This document shows positions 35,248 through 46,000 of a DNA stretch of 64,000 nt, piece by piece; the first letter of the stretch is position 1; the number at the start of each line of letters is the position of its first letter. A model generated the notes under the pieces. That model searched no databases. It saw only the letters and a list, made by a program, of their open reading frames with translations, and had not been told where the DNA came from. Origin of the DNA: Pseudomonadota bacterium (GTDB lineage: Bacteria; Pseudomonadota; Alphaproteobacteria; Sphingomonadales; SMXR01); assembly GCA_022566895.1 (NCBI GenBank), contig JADFIA010000004.1, positions 1,647 to 65,646 on the forward strand, given 5' to 3'. Both the position numbers and the translations under genes were made by a program.

Positions 35248-37722
35248 ATGTGGTCCCAGGTAAGATTTAATCTCGTTGCTTTGCTAATTGCCGCTTTTGC
35301 GGCAATGCCCAGACCCGCGCTGGCGCAAACTGGCGACATCGGCCTTCAGGTGAGCGACGGATTGCTATTGGCTCTCGGCGTGATGATCGGCGCTATCGTC
35401 ATGACCGCCTGGGCCCTATGGCATCGCCAGATCGCCATCGACCGCAGCCTCAACGCCGAGGCCGGCCTGCGGTTTGACCATTTGCTTCTCGAAGAGGGGC
35501 CGGCCAGCTACATGGCCATCCACCCTAACGGCGATGTCATTTGTTCGGACCGGGTAAGGGAGTGGCTGGATTTGAGCCGCCGGCCCAACTCGGTTGCCGA
35601 TCTGGCCGGCGAACATGGCCTCGGCGAAGCCGGTGCCGCTCTTTGCGCCGGCATCGAGGGCCTGTACGAGGAGGGCTTGTCCTTTTCCCTGATCTACAAA
35701 TCGGCAGCCAGTGGGGTGGCGCTTTATGTGGTCGGGCGACAAATCTGGACCGAAGAGGCCGAGGGCCCGCTTGTGGTTGTCGCCTTTAGCGATATTTCGG
35801 ATCTTGAGGCCGACCGAGTCGATCTCTTGAAGGATCTGAAGGAAAGCGAGCAGCGCCGGGGCGTTCTCGAGGCTTCATTGGACGCGGCGCCTTTCCCGGT
35901 CTGGCTGCGTGATCGCAAGCTGGATCTGGTGTGGGTGAACAAATCCTATGTTGAAGCCCTCGACGGAACCTCCAGAAAAGTGATCCTAGGCCGCCAAAGC
36001 GAGTTGACCGGCACCACAAGCACGGCGCCGGCGCGCGAGTTGGCCCGCCTGGCGAAGCTCGGCAAGCAGCTGATCTATGACACCCATTATGTTGTGGTCG
36101 GCAACCAGCGCCGTTCTCTCAAGATATTCGAGATTCCGCATAAAGGTGCGAACGCCGGACTGGTAGGTTTTGCCCTCGACGAGACCGATCTGGAAAAAAC
36201 CCAATCCGAGTTGAAAGTCTTTACGGAATCCCATTCCGAGACGTTGAATCGTCTGTCGACACCAATCGCAATTTTTGGTGCCGATCAAACGCTGCAGTTC
36301 TATAACCGCGCGTTTGCCAATTTGTGGCGTCTGCCGGAGAGCTGGATGGACGGCCATCCTTCGCACAGCGAGTTGCTGGAGGCGCTGCGGGAAAATCGCC
36401 GACTTCCAGAGCAGGCCGACTTCTTGAGTTGGAAACAGGCCGTCCTCGATCAATATACGGCGCTACCGGAGCTGGTCGAAGAAATGTGGCACCTGCCCGA
36501 CGGCCGGGCACTCAGGGTTGCCACACAGCCTCATCCCATGGGTGGGCTGTTGGTGATATTTGAGGATGTAACAGACCGTTTGGCGCTCGAACGGTCCTAT
36601 AACACGCTGATTGCTGTCCAGCAGGCCACCCTCGACAATCTCCACGAGGCAGTGGCGGTGATCGGCAGCGATGGCCGTCTTGGTCTTTCCAATAAGAATT
36701 TCGCAAAGATCCTGAACCTGACCAGCGATTTTCTTGACACTTCACCACACATCTCGGATTTGCTGGAGCGATGCCGGCGGTTGCTCGAAGAGGCCGAGCT
36801 GCCGTGGGAGGAGACCAAGGCGCAAATCCAGGGCTATACGATCGAGCGCAAACCGAAAGTCGGACGCTGGTTGCTGACCACAGGCGGCACCCTTGAGTTT
36901 GCGGTTGTGCCGCTACCGGACGGGGCAACGCTGTTTACGATCATGGACGTTTCCGATTCGGTGCAAATGGAAAAGGCCCTGCACGAGCGAACCGAGGCCC
37001 TGATTATGGCCGAGCGGCTGAAGAGCGAGTTTATCGGCAATATCAGTAGCGATCTGCGAACGCCGCTGAACGCGATCATCGGTTTCATCGAGCTGTTGCA
37101 TAACGAATATTTCGGCGAGCTTGACAAGCGCCAGAAATCGTACCTCGGCGCGGCCCTGTCATCTTCGAATGAATTAAAGCAATCGCTCGATGATCTGTTT
37201 GAGCTATCGGCTTTGGAGAGCGGCAAGAAAAAACTCAATCCCAGTGTGTTCGAGTTTGCCGATTTGTTGGCCGCCGTCGAAAGTGGGCTTGAAAAGATTC
37301 TGGCGGCCAAGAATATTTCCTTGCAGCTCGAGACGGGCGACAACTCCGGATGGCTGGTGTCTGGCGATCGCAAGCGGCTTGAAAAGGCCCTGCGCGACAT
37401 TGTTACAAACTTGGCAACTTATTGCCCAGCCAGTTCGACTCTCGAAGTCAGCGTTAGTAAACAGGGGCAAGAACTGGAGATTGAATTTCGCGGTAGCAGC
37501 TCCGATCAGACGGCGAGTGCCGGGCTGTTGATTCAGTCTTCGCTCGGCCTGACGCTTAGCGAGCAGGTTTTTGAGTTGCACGGCGGCCGGCTTGAAATCG
37601 ACACCGGATCGCCGGGTGAGTGCTTGATCCGCTGTTTCCTGCCACAGCCGGCTGCCGATCAGCTAAAGCCTGCAGCCGAGGCATTTACAGGCAAGGACGG
37701 CAAGGGGAAGGCCGCCTCGTGA
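35248..37722 (+). CDS. PAS-domain histidine-kinase-like protein lacking the phospho-acceptor His (DivL-like pseudokinase)
   Basis: N-terminal TM helices and multiple PAS-like segments. The DHp H-box reads FIGNISSDLRTPLNAI, with Ser where His is expected (codon 37048-37050). The CA domain is degenerate: no DxGxG, and G2 reads SSLGLTL. Confidence 0.75.
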   Translation: MWSQVRFNLVALLIAAFAAMPRPALAQTGDIGLQVSDGLLLALGVMIGAIVMTAWALWHRQIAIDRSLNAEAGLRFDHLLLEEGPASYMAIHPNGDVICSDRVREWLDLSRRPNSVADLAGEHGLGEAGAALCAGIEGLYEEGLSFSLIYKSAASGVALYVVGRQIWTEEAEGPLVVVAFSDISDLEADRVDLLKDLKESEQRRGVLEASLDAAPFPVWLRDRKLDLVWVNKSYVEALDGTSRKVILGRQSELTGTTSTAPARELARLAKLGKQLIYDTHYVVVGNQRRSLKIFEIPHKGANAGLVGFALDETDLEKTQSELKVFTESHSETLNRLSTPIAIFGADQTLQFYNRAFANLWRLPESWMDGHPSHSELLEALRENRRLPEQADFLSWKQAVLDQYTALPELVEEMWHLPDGRALRVATQPHPMGGLLVIFEDVTDRLALERSYNTLIAVQQATLDNLHEAVAVIGSDGRLGLSNKNFAKILNLTSDFLDTSPHISDLLERCRRLLEEAELPWEETKAQIQGYTIERKPKVGRWLLTTGGTLEFAVVPLPDGATLFTIMDVSDSVQMEKALHERTEALIMAERLKSEFIGNISSDLRTPLNAIIGFIELLHNEYFGELDKRQKSYLGAALSSSNELKQSLDDLFELSALESGKKKLNPSVFEFADLLAAVESGLEKILAAKNISLQLETGDNSGWLVSGDRKRLEKALRDIVTNLATYCPASSTLEVSVSKQGQELEIEFRGSSSDQTASAGLLIQSSLGLTLSEQVFELHGGRLEIDTGSPGECLIRCFLPQPAADQLKPAAEAFTGKDGKGKAAS

Positions 37723-37797
37723 CACCGGAGATGGTCAATGAAGGGCCGGCAAAGCATCGATGGGTTGGTTGGGGAAGGCCAGGCGGGCGAGGGCAGA

Positions 37798-38274
37798 ATG
37801 AGACTTGAGCGTTGCTCCCAACGGCAAATCGAACGCCTTGCGGTGACCATCGCATCGCTGTCAAAAAAGGGGGATCTCGTATTGCTGTCGGGGCCTTTGG
37901 GTGCTGGCAAGACCACGCTGGCCCGAGCCTTCATCCGCCAACTCATCTCTGATCTGTCGGCCGAAATTCCAAGCCCAAGTTACACTCTCGCCCAATCTTA
38001 TGCGCCCGCCGACGGTGTCGGACCGATGGTCTGGCACTTTGATTTTTACCGTATCGAGGATCCTTCGGAAATTACGGAATTGGGCCTTGAAGAAGCGCAG
38101 GCCGAGGGCGTGGTGCTGGCCGAGTGGCCGGAGCACGCCGGCTCGGCGCTGGCCGCCGGCGGTCTATTGATCTCGCTGGCGCTGGCCAACCGGCCGCGCG
38201 AGCGGCAGGTCACGATCGAAAATCTCGGTGGCTGGTCCGATCGCCTGAAACTTCTTGAACAGGCCATGCGATGA
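37798..38274 (+). CDS. tsaE: tRNA t6A37 biosynthesis ATPase TsaE
   Basis: LSGPLGAGKTTLARAFIRQL...PSPSYTL...HFDFYR. The start could alternatively be 37738. Confidence 0.85.
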   Translation: MRLERCSQRQIERLAVTIASLSKKGDLVLLSGPLGAGKTTLARAFIRQLISDLSAEIPSPSYTLAQSYAPADGVGPMVWHFDFYRIEDPSEITELGLEEAQAEGVVLAEWPEHAGSALAAGGLLISLALANRPRERQVTIENLGGWSDRLKLLEQAMR

Positions 38275-39323
38275 GCGCCCGCGGCGAACAGATAGGGAGG
38301 TTCCTCAAAGCCGAGGGCTGGGGATCAGCATCCCGAAGGCCGCTGGCCGGCGACGCCTCGTTCAGGCGCTACGAGCGTCTTCAATTTAAAAACGCGTCCG
38401 TGGTCCTGATGGATGCCCCACCACCGCAGGAAGATGTTCGGCCCTTCTGGGCGTTGGCAAATTACCTCGGCAAGAATGGTTGCAGCGCTCCGCGTGTCCT
38501 GGCCGGGCAGATCGACGAGGGTTTTCTGCTGCTTGAGGATTTGGGCGACCAGACGTTCAATCGGACCTTTGCCGCTGATCCGGCGAGCGAGACTGCGCTT
38601 TATGAGGCTGCGGTCGACCTCCTTGTGGACCTGCAACAGCGACCGCCTCCGGCCACATTGCGCTTCGGCAATGCGCAGCGATACGAGGTTGCCGCCTACC
38701 ATGAAGGGCGGCTGTTCGAGGAGCTGTTTCTTTTTGTTGACTGGTATCTGCCGTTGCTGCTCAAGCGCCGGGATGCGGACTGGAGACCTGAGCTTGAGGT
38801 CGTCTGGCGTCCTAGTTTCGAGGCCCTGGCTGCCGCTTCGGAAGTCCTTGTATTGCGCGATTACCATGCTGATAACTTGATCTGGCTGGCCGACCGGAAA
38901 GGAATCGCGAGGGTCGGTGTCCTGGACTTTCAGGACGCCCTGATTGGTCACCCGGCTTACGATCTGGTCTCGCTGTTACAGGACGCCCGGCGCGATCTGT
39001 CGCCGGGGCTCGAAGCGGCGATGAAAGAGCGCTATCTGGCCGCCACTTCGGCCCGCGGGAAGACACTGGATCGCCAGACCTTCGAGCGCCATTACCAGCT
39101 CTTGGGGGCCCAGCGGAACAGCAAAATCATCGGCATATTCACCCGGCTCTGGCAGCGCGATGGAAAGCCCCAGTATCTGGAGCTGATCCCCAGGGTCTGG
39201 GGTCATCTGGAACGCAACGTTGCCCATCCGGCATTGGCCGCCTACCGCGAGTGGCTCGACCACCTGATCCCGGGCCAAATGCGGCGCGCCGTTCTGCCGC
39301 GGGGAGCCCGCCATGGCCGCTGA
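38271..39323 (+). CDS. amgK: aminoglycoside-phosphotransferase-fold kinase (AmgK-like anomeric MurNAc/GlcNAc kinase)
   Basis: APH-fold motifs LVLRDYHADNLIW and GVLDFQDA. It is paired with the downstream nucleotidyltransferase. Confidence 0.6.
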   Translation: MSARGEQIGRFLKAEGWGSASRRPLAGDASFRRYERLQFKNASVVLMDAPPPQEDVRPFWALANYLGKNGCSAPRVLAGQIDEGFLLLEDLGDQTFNRTFAADPASETALYEAAVDLLVDLQQRPPPATLRFGNAQRYEVAAYHEGRLFEELFLFVDWYLPLLLKRRDADWRPELEVVWRPSFEALAAASEVLVLRDYHADNLIWLADRKGIARVGVLDFQDALIGHPAYDLVSLLQDARRDLSPGLEAAMKERYLAATSARGKTLDRQTFERHYQLLGAQRNSKIIGIFTRLWQRDGKPQYLELIPRVWGHLERNVAHPALAAYREWLDHLIPGQMRRAVLPRGARHGR

Positions 39324-40053
39324 ACCTCCGCCACGCGACCTTTCTTGGCAGCCGAAGACGGCCATGATCCTGGCGGCCGGCCTCGGGCAGCGCATGCGCC
39401 CGCTGAGCGATGCCCGGCCGAAGGCCCTGATCGAGGTCGCCGGGCGAAGCCTTATCGATCGGTCGCTCGACCATCTTGCGGCCTTTGGAATCAAAAAGGC
39501 CGTGGTCAATGTGCATTATCAGGCCGCAGCCCTTGAGCGGCATCTGGCCACCAGGGCAGCGCCGCCGCAGGTCTTGATCTCTGACGAGCGGCAAGCGCTG
39601 CTCGACACCGGTGGCGGGGTTCAAAAGGCATTATCGCTGCTTGGCCCGGAGCCTTTTTTTGTCTTGAATTGTGACGCCCTGTGGCGCGACGGCCGGCCAG
39701 GCGCATTGAGGCGCTTGGCTAAAGCCTTCGAGCCTGACACCATGCACGCGCTGTTGCTGCTGGTGAGTCAACGAGAGGCCCACAATTATGCCGGTGCCGG
39801 CGATTTTGAGATGCGTTCCGACGGCCGGCTTGAACGGCGTCACGGCGCCGGCACAGCCCTCGTCTTCACTGGGCTGCAGATCCTCAAACCGGCGGTTTTC
39901 GAGGATTTCAGGGTGGCACCCTATTCGCTCAACCGGATTTACGATAAGGCCCTCGAAGCCGGCCGCCTTTTCGGTTGTCTGCATGACGGCGAATGGTTTC
40001 ATGTCGGCACACCCGAAGCAGTGGACAGAACGACCAAATTTCTAGAAAGATAA
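39313..40053 (+). CDS. murU: sugar-1-phosphate nucleotidyltransferase (MurU-like)
   Basis: AMILAAGLGQRMRPLSDARPKALIEVAG N-terminal NTP-transferase motif. Confidence 0.6.
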   Translation: MAAEPPPRDLSWQPKTAMILAAGLGQRMRPLSDARPKALIEVAGRSLIDRSLDHLAAFGIKKAVVNVHYQAAALERHLATRAAPPQVLISDERQALLDTGGGVQKALSLLGPEPFFVLNCDALWRDGRPGALRRLAKAFEPDTMHALLLLVSQREAHNYAGAGDFEMRSDGRLERRHGAGTALVFTGLQILKPAVFEDFRVAPYSLNRIYDKALEAGRLFGCLHDGEWFHVGTPEAVDRTTKFLER

Positions 40054-40086
40054 TCGCTTAAGGTAGGGAACAGGAAACGCGGTTCC

Positions 40087-43068
40087 ATGGAGCTCTTTAA
40101 CTCGGGTAGGCCGAATATTTACACCATCCCCACCGGTGTATCCTTCGCCGATGTTCTGGCCCGCGAGATCGACAAGCAGATTCGAGGGGATCCGGCGGAG
40201 GCGGCGGAATTTCTGATTCTGGTTCCAAACCGGCGGGCCGTGCGCACCCTCGAAAAGGCCTTTGTTAGGGCCGCTAAGGGCGCACCGCGAATCCTGCCCG
40301 ATATTCAGCCGATTGGCGATATTTCCGACCAGGACCTGTTGTTCGAGCCGGCCTTTTCCGGTGCCGACACGGAGCTGACGCTCGATCCGCCGATCCCGCG
40401 CCTGCGACGGCTATTATTGCTGGCCCGTCAGATCAGGCAGGCGGCGGCAGGGCTCGGGCAGCCCGACCTGCCAAGCGCCGGGGCGCTTCAACTGGCCGGC
40501 GAATTGGCCCGCCTGCTGGACGAGATGCAGACTCACGGTGTTCTCCCGGAGGCGCTATACGACTTGGCGCCGGAGAGATTTGCCAAACACTGGCAGGAGG
40601 TTTTGAAGTTCCTTGAAATTATAACCACCCACTGGCCGGACATTCTGGCCGCCGACGGCCATTCGGACATCGCGGTCCATCGCAACACGCTGATTACCAC
40701 CCTCGCCGCGGCCTGGAAGGCTGCACCCCCGGACCAGAAAGTCATCGCCGCCGGCAGCACCGGATCGCGGGCCCCGACCGGCGATCTTTTGGCTGTCATC
40801 GCGCGCCTGGACCAAGGCGCTGTGGTCTTGCCCGGCCTCGATCTTGAGGCCCCGGAAGAGGTCTGGCAGGCCCTTAACGAGCCGCATCCGCAGTTTACCC
40901 TGAAGGAGCTATTGGCGCGTATGCGGGTGGAGCGTGAGGAGGTGATGCCCTGGCCCCTGAGCACTGCAGATGCCCGCCAGCTGAAAGCCAAGTCGGCACG
41001 TCTCTCCCTGGTGCGTGAGGCCCTAAGACCGGCTGAGACGATCAGCGGCTGGCGCCATCTCAAGCTAGATCCAAAGACCGCCCTAAAGGGCCTTACGCGC
41101 GTCGAATGCGCCAACCAGCAGGAGGAAGCGGGGGTGATCGCTTTGCTGCTGCGCCAGGGGCTGAATACAAGCCGCAAGACGGCGGCCCTGGTAACCGCGG
41201 ACCGGGGGCTGGCGCGCCGGGTGGCGGCCGAGCTGGAGCGCTGGGACATCGCTATCGATGATTCAGCGGGCCGGCCTCTGGCGGTAACTACAGCCGGCAG
41301 CTTTTTTCTCTTGCTCGCCCAGTCGGTGGCCGAAAACCACAGCCCGATCCCGCTATTGAGTCTGTTGAAACATCCCCTGGCCGCCGCCGGCATGGAGCGC
41401 CGAGAATTTTTGCGCCAGACCCGGCGGCTCGAGCTGGCGGCCCTCAGGGCGCCGCGGCCGGGTGGCGGATTGAGGGGTCTTCGAAAGGCGCTTGGGCCGG
41501 CGGCCCGCCAGCCGAAAATCGCCGGCTTGCTGAAGAATTTGAGAGCCGCTCTGAGGCCGCTTGAGAAGCTGCGGCGGCGGAAAAAAATTGGTCTTGAGGA
41601 ATTGGTGAAGGCCCATGTCGCCTGCGCCGAGGCGCTCGCGGCAACCGATGTACAGGGGGGCGTCGATCGGCTTTGGAGCGGCGAGGACGGTGAGGTTCTG
41701 GCTGCCTTTGTCGACGAACTGGGCGCCGCCGCCGGTGTCTATGGAGATCTGCCGCTGGAGGATTATGCGGCCGCGGTCGAACGGCTGATGCAGTCGCAGA
41801 CGGTCCGACCGCGCTATGGCCAGCACCCGAGGCTGTTCCTGTGGGGACCCCTCGAGGCCCGCCTGCAATCGGTCGATCGGCTGATCGTCGGCGGCTTGAA
41901 CGAGGGCACCTGGCCGCCGGCCCCGGGCGACGATCCGTGGATGAGCCGGCCGATGCGCCGGCAGGTCGGCCTACCGCTTCCGGAGCGGCGCATCGGACAG
42001 TCGGCGCACGATTTTGTGGAGGCCCTTGGCGCCGACGAAGTATTTTTAACCCGGGCCGCCAAAATTGACGGCACGCCAAGCGTCGCCAGCCGCTGGCTTT
42101 TGCGCCTCGAGGCCCTGGCCGGGCCGCTGCCGCGGGGGCCAAAGCCGTGGATCCGGTGGTTTCACGAACTGGACCGGCCCGAGCGCTTGCTTGCCCCCGC
42201 CGCACCACGGCCCACGCCGCCGGTCGAGGCGCGGCCGAGGCGGCTTTCGGTGACCGCCATCGAGAGCTGGATGCGTGATCCCTATTCGCTTTATGCGGCG
42301 CGCATTCTTGGCCTGAAGGTTCTCGATCCGATCGATCAGGCGCCGGGGGTCAAAGCCCGCGGTACAATCATCCACAGAGCCCTCGATCGGTTCATGAAAT
42401 CCTATGACGGACCTTGGGACGAAGGCGCCTTCGAGGTGCTGTTGACGGTCGGGCGGCAGTGTTTTTCGGAGGCGCTGACACGGCCGGGTGTCAGCGCCTT
42501 TTGGTGGCCGCGCTTCGAGGCTGCGGCAAAAGCCTTTGTTGAGCTGCAGGCGGCACGTGATGGGGCCTTCGAAGTGGTCGCTACCGAGATCAGGGGAGCC
42601 CATGCACTGATGGGGCCGGCCGGTGAGTTCATGCTGACCGCTATGGCCGATCGCATCGACCGGGAGGCCGGCAGCGGTCGACTTGTCGTGATCGATTACA
42701 AGACCGGCGTCTTGCCGAGCGACAAGCGGATTGCCACCGGCTTTGCGCCGCAGTTGCCGCTCGAGGCGCTGATGGCCGAGCACGGCGCCTTTGAAGGAAT
42801 TACAAAATGCGAGGTTGAGGGATTCGAATACTGGCAGGTCTCGGGCGGCGATCCCCCGTTGCGGATTCGGCGGCCAAAACTTGACCCGGCGACCGAAATC
42901 GCCCGCGCCGAGGCCGGCTTGCGAGGATTGATCGAGCGCTTCGCGGTGCAGGGGACGCCCTATCTGTCAAACCCCAGGCCCCGGTTTGCCGGTTACGGCG
43001 ATTATGACCATCTGGCACGGGTTAAAGAGTGGCGCTTCGCCAGCGGTGAGGAGGAGGATCTGACATGA
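40087..43068 (+). CDS. addB: double-strand break repair protein AddB (alphaproteobacterial type)
   Basis: 993 aa, located upstream of and overlapping addA. C-terminal PD-(D/E)xK nuclease region (VVIDYKTG). Confidence 0.85.
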   Translation: MELFNSGRPNIYTIPTGVSFADVLAREIDKQIRGDPAEAAEFLILVPNRRAVRTLEKAFVRAAKGAPRILPDIQPIGDISDQDLLFEPAFSGADTELTLDPPIPRLRRLLLLARQIRQAAAGLGQPDLPSAGALQLAGELARLLDEMQTHGVLPEALYDLAPERFAKHWQEVLKFLEIITTHWPDILAADGHSDIAVHRNTLITTLAAAWKAAPPDQKVIAAGSTGSRAPTGDLLAVIARLDQGAVVLPGLDLEAPEEVWQALNEPHPQFTLKELLARMRVEREEVMPWPLSTADARQLKAKSARLSLVREALRPAETISGWRHLKLDPKTALKGLTRVECANQQEEAGVIALLLRQGLNTSRKTAALVTADRGLARRVAAELERWDIAIDDSAGRPLAVTTAGSFFLLLAQSVAENHSPIPLLSLLKHPLAAAGMERREFLRQTRRLELAALRAPRPGGGLRGLRKALGPAARQPKIAGLLKNLRAALRPLEKLRRRKKIGLEELVKAHVACAEALAATDVQGGVDRLWSGEDGEVLAAFVDELGAAAGVYGDLPLEDYAAAVERLMQSQTVRPRYGQHPRLFLWGPLEARLQSVDRLIVGGLNEGTWPPAPGDDPWMSRPMRRQVGLPLPERRIGQSAHDFVEALGADEVFLTRAAKIDGTPSVASRWLLRLEALAGPLPRGPKPWIRWFHELDRPERLLAPAAPRPTPPVEARPRRLSVTAIESWMRDPYSLYAARILGLKVLDPIDQAPGVKARGTIIHRALDRFMKSYDGPWDEGAFEVLLTVGRQCFSEALTRPGVSAFWWPRFEAAAKAFVELQAARDGAFEVVATEIRGAHALMGPAGEFMLTAMADRIDREAGSGRLVVIDYKTGVLPSDKRIATGFAPQLPLEALMAEHGAFEGITKCEVEGFEYWQVSGGDPPLRIRRPKLDPATEIARAEAGLRGLIERFAVQGTPYLSNPRPRFAGYGDYDHLARVKEWRFASGEEEDLT

Positions 43069-46000
43069 AACGCCTGACCCCCGATCAGGCAGCCGCCACC
43101 GCGCCCAGTCACAGCATCTGGGTAGGCGCCTCGGCTGGCACCGGCAAGACCTACGTGCTGACCGCGCGAGTCCTGCGACTAATGCTGACCGGCACGCCGG
43201 CTGAACGCATTCTTTGTCTGACCTTCACCAAGGCGGCCGCGGCCGAAATGTCGACCCGCATTTACGCCCAGCTTGGCGAGTGGACCGGACTCGCGGACCA
43301 GACCTTGGCCGCTTCGATCTGGGCCCGGGCTAACGAGCGGGCCGATGAGCAAATGCTCGACCGGGCGCGCGGACTGTTTGCCGAAGTGCTCGATTTGCCA
43401 GGCGGCCTGAAGGTTCAGACCATCCATTCCTTTTGCCAGTCCCTGCTCGGCCGCTTTCCCGCCGAGGCCAACCTGAGCCCTCGCTTTCAGGTCATGGACG
43501 AGCGCACAACGCGGGAGCTTCTCGAGGATGCGCTGGAGCGCGTATTGGCGGCGGCCGGTGACCGGGGCAACAAAAAAATCTCGGCCGCACTGTCGCGCAT
43601 TGCCGTTCAGGTAAGCGAACAGGGTTTTTCCGACCTGATGGCAGCAGTGGCCAAGGAGCGCGGACATTTCCGGCGGCTTTTAAAGAGATTGGAAGGCGAG
43701 GAAGGAGTGGCTGCGGCAACCCTCGAGGCTCTTGGCCTGCCGGCCGACGGCGACGGTCTGGCCGACCAGCTGACCACCGAGCCGGCGCCTGATGGTGCGG
43801 GACTTCTGGCCCTAGCGCAGGCGCTGGCGGACGGCAGCCCCGCCGAGCAGGCCCGCGCGGCGGCTATCGGCGAGTTTCTGGCGGCCGAGGGAGGGGCCGA
43901 GCGGGCGGCGCGCTTCGGGGCTCATAAGGCGGTATTTCTGACCGCAAAAGATGAGCCACGGGCCAGCGTTGCGACCAAGCCGACGCTCAAGCGGCAACCG
44001 GCTCTGGAGCAGGTGATCGCAAATGAAACGGCGCGTCTCGAAGCGGCGGTGGAGCGCTTGAAGCTCTGGCAGGCGGCCCGCAACAGCGCCGCCTTTACCC
44101 GCCTTGCCGCCGCCGTGTTAGAGGTTTACCAGCAGGCCAAACGCCGCCGCGGTTTGGTCGATTACGACGATCTGATCCTGACCACCGACCGACTGTTGCA
44201 GCGTCCGGGCATCGCGCCCTGGATTCTTTATAAGCTGGACGGCGGCATCGACCATATTCTGGTCGACGAAGCACAGGACACAAACCCCGAGCAGTGGCGG
44301 TTGCTTGAGGAGCTGAGCCGCGAGTTTTTCGTCGGCCAAGGGGCCCGCGAGGTCGAGCGCTCTCTGTTCGCGGTTGGCGATGCAAAACAGTCAATTTTCG
44401 GCTTCCAGCGCGCCGACCCGGCCGAATTTCAACGGGCTGCCCGGCGCGTTGAAGAGCGGGCGACGGCGGCGGGCCTGACCTTCCGCTCGCTATCGCTTAT
44501 TCAGTCCTTCCGCTCGACCGCGGCCGTGCTCGAGACGGTGGACGCGGTGTTTGCCCTGCCCGAAGCGCACCGCGACCTGACACTCGAGGATCAGGAGATT
44601 GTTCATGCCGTGCGACGGCTCGGACACAGCGGTCGGGTTGAGTTGTGGCCCACCGAGCCCCCCGAAGCCGAGACGGAAGTCGAAGCCTGGGAGCCGCCGC
44701 TCAAGCAGGAGCCGGTGCGCAGCAGCGCCGCCAGGCTGGCCAACCGGATGGCCAAGCATATTCACCGGCTGATCACCGGAAAGGACGAGCTTAAGGCCCG
44801 CGGGCGGGCGGTCCAGCCGGGCGACATCATGGTTCTGGTGCGGCGCCGGAGCGAATTTGTCGATCATCTGGTGCGGGCGCTGAAGGCCCTCGATATTCCG
44901 GTCGCCGGCACCGACCGCATGGAACTTACCGACCAGCTGGCGGTCATGGATCTGATGGTCGCTGCCGAATTCGTCCTCTTGCCGCACGACGATCTGACCC
45001 TGGCGACCGTCCTAAAAGGGCCCTTCATCGGACTGGGCGAGGACGACCTCTTTGCTCTGGCCCACGGCCGTTCGGCCTCCGGTCTCTGGCCAACCCTGGT
45101 CGAGCGACGTCATGAACGGGCTTCGTTCGAGCGGGCGCATGCCTTTCTTTCTGGGCTTTTGGCCGAAGCCGACCGCGATGCGCCGTTTGATTTTTTCTCG
45201 CATCTCCTGAACGGTCTCGGCGGCCGGCGCAGCCTGATTGCGCAGCTGGGTTTCGAGATTAACGATCCGGTCGATGAATTTCTAAACCTGACACTGGCGT
45301 TCGAGCGCAGCCATCTGGTCTCGCTCCAGGCTTTTCTGTCCTGGCTGCGGACCGGCAAGGCGGAGATCAAGCGCGATATGGAACGCGGCCGCGACGAGGT
45401 ACGGGTGTTGACCGTGCACGGCGCCAAGGGACTGCAGGCCCCGGTGGTCTATCTTCCCGACACCTGCGGTCTGCCACCGGACCAGGAAAGCTTGCTGCGC
45501 CTGCCAGCACCCGGTCTCGAGACCTCGCTGCCCGATCTCCTGATCTGGCCCGGGCGGCGGGCCAACGAAGTAGGAGTCCTCAAGGAGGCGCGGCTGCGGC
45601 TGCGGCGCGAGGCGAATGCCGAGTATCGGCGGCTCTTGTATGTGGCGCTGACGCGGGCCCAGGATCGCCTCTACCTGAGCGGCTATGAGACCCGCCGGGG
45701 GCCGCAGGAGGGATCCTGGTACAGCCTCCTGGCGGCAGCCTTTGAAGGACTTGAGGGCAAGCAGAAAATCACTGACCCGGTAGCCGGAGAGGTGCAGCGC
45801 CTTGAGAACGCTCAGGAGGTGGCGGCTGAAGACGACGGCCAAACCTGGAAGGCTGAGCTGGTCCTGCCGGAGTTGCCGCAATGGGCGAGCCGCAGCCCCG
45901 CCGCCGAGGCCGGGCCTCTGGTGCCCCTGGCGCCGTCCAAACTCGACTTCGATGCGAGTGGCGTTATTGGCCCAGGACAGGGCGCTCGGGGGATGGCCGG

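Noticed and set aside
40533-42783. Several 170-290-aa minus-strand ORFs inside addB
   Set aside because: All are antisense to or overlap addB. They are Arg/Pro/Ala-rich and are typical high-GC artefacts.
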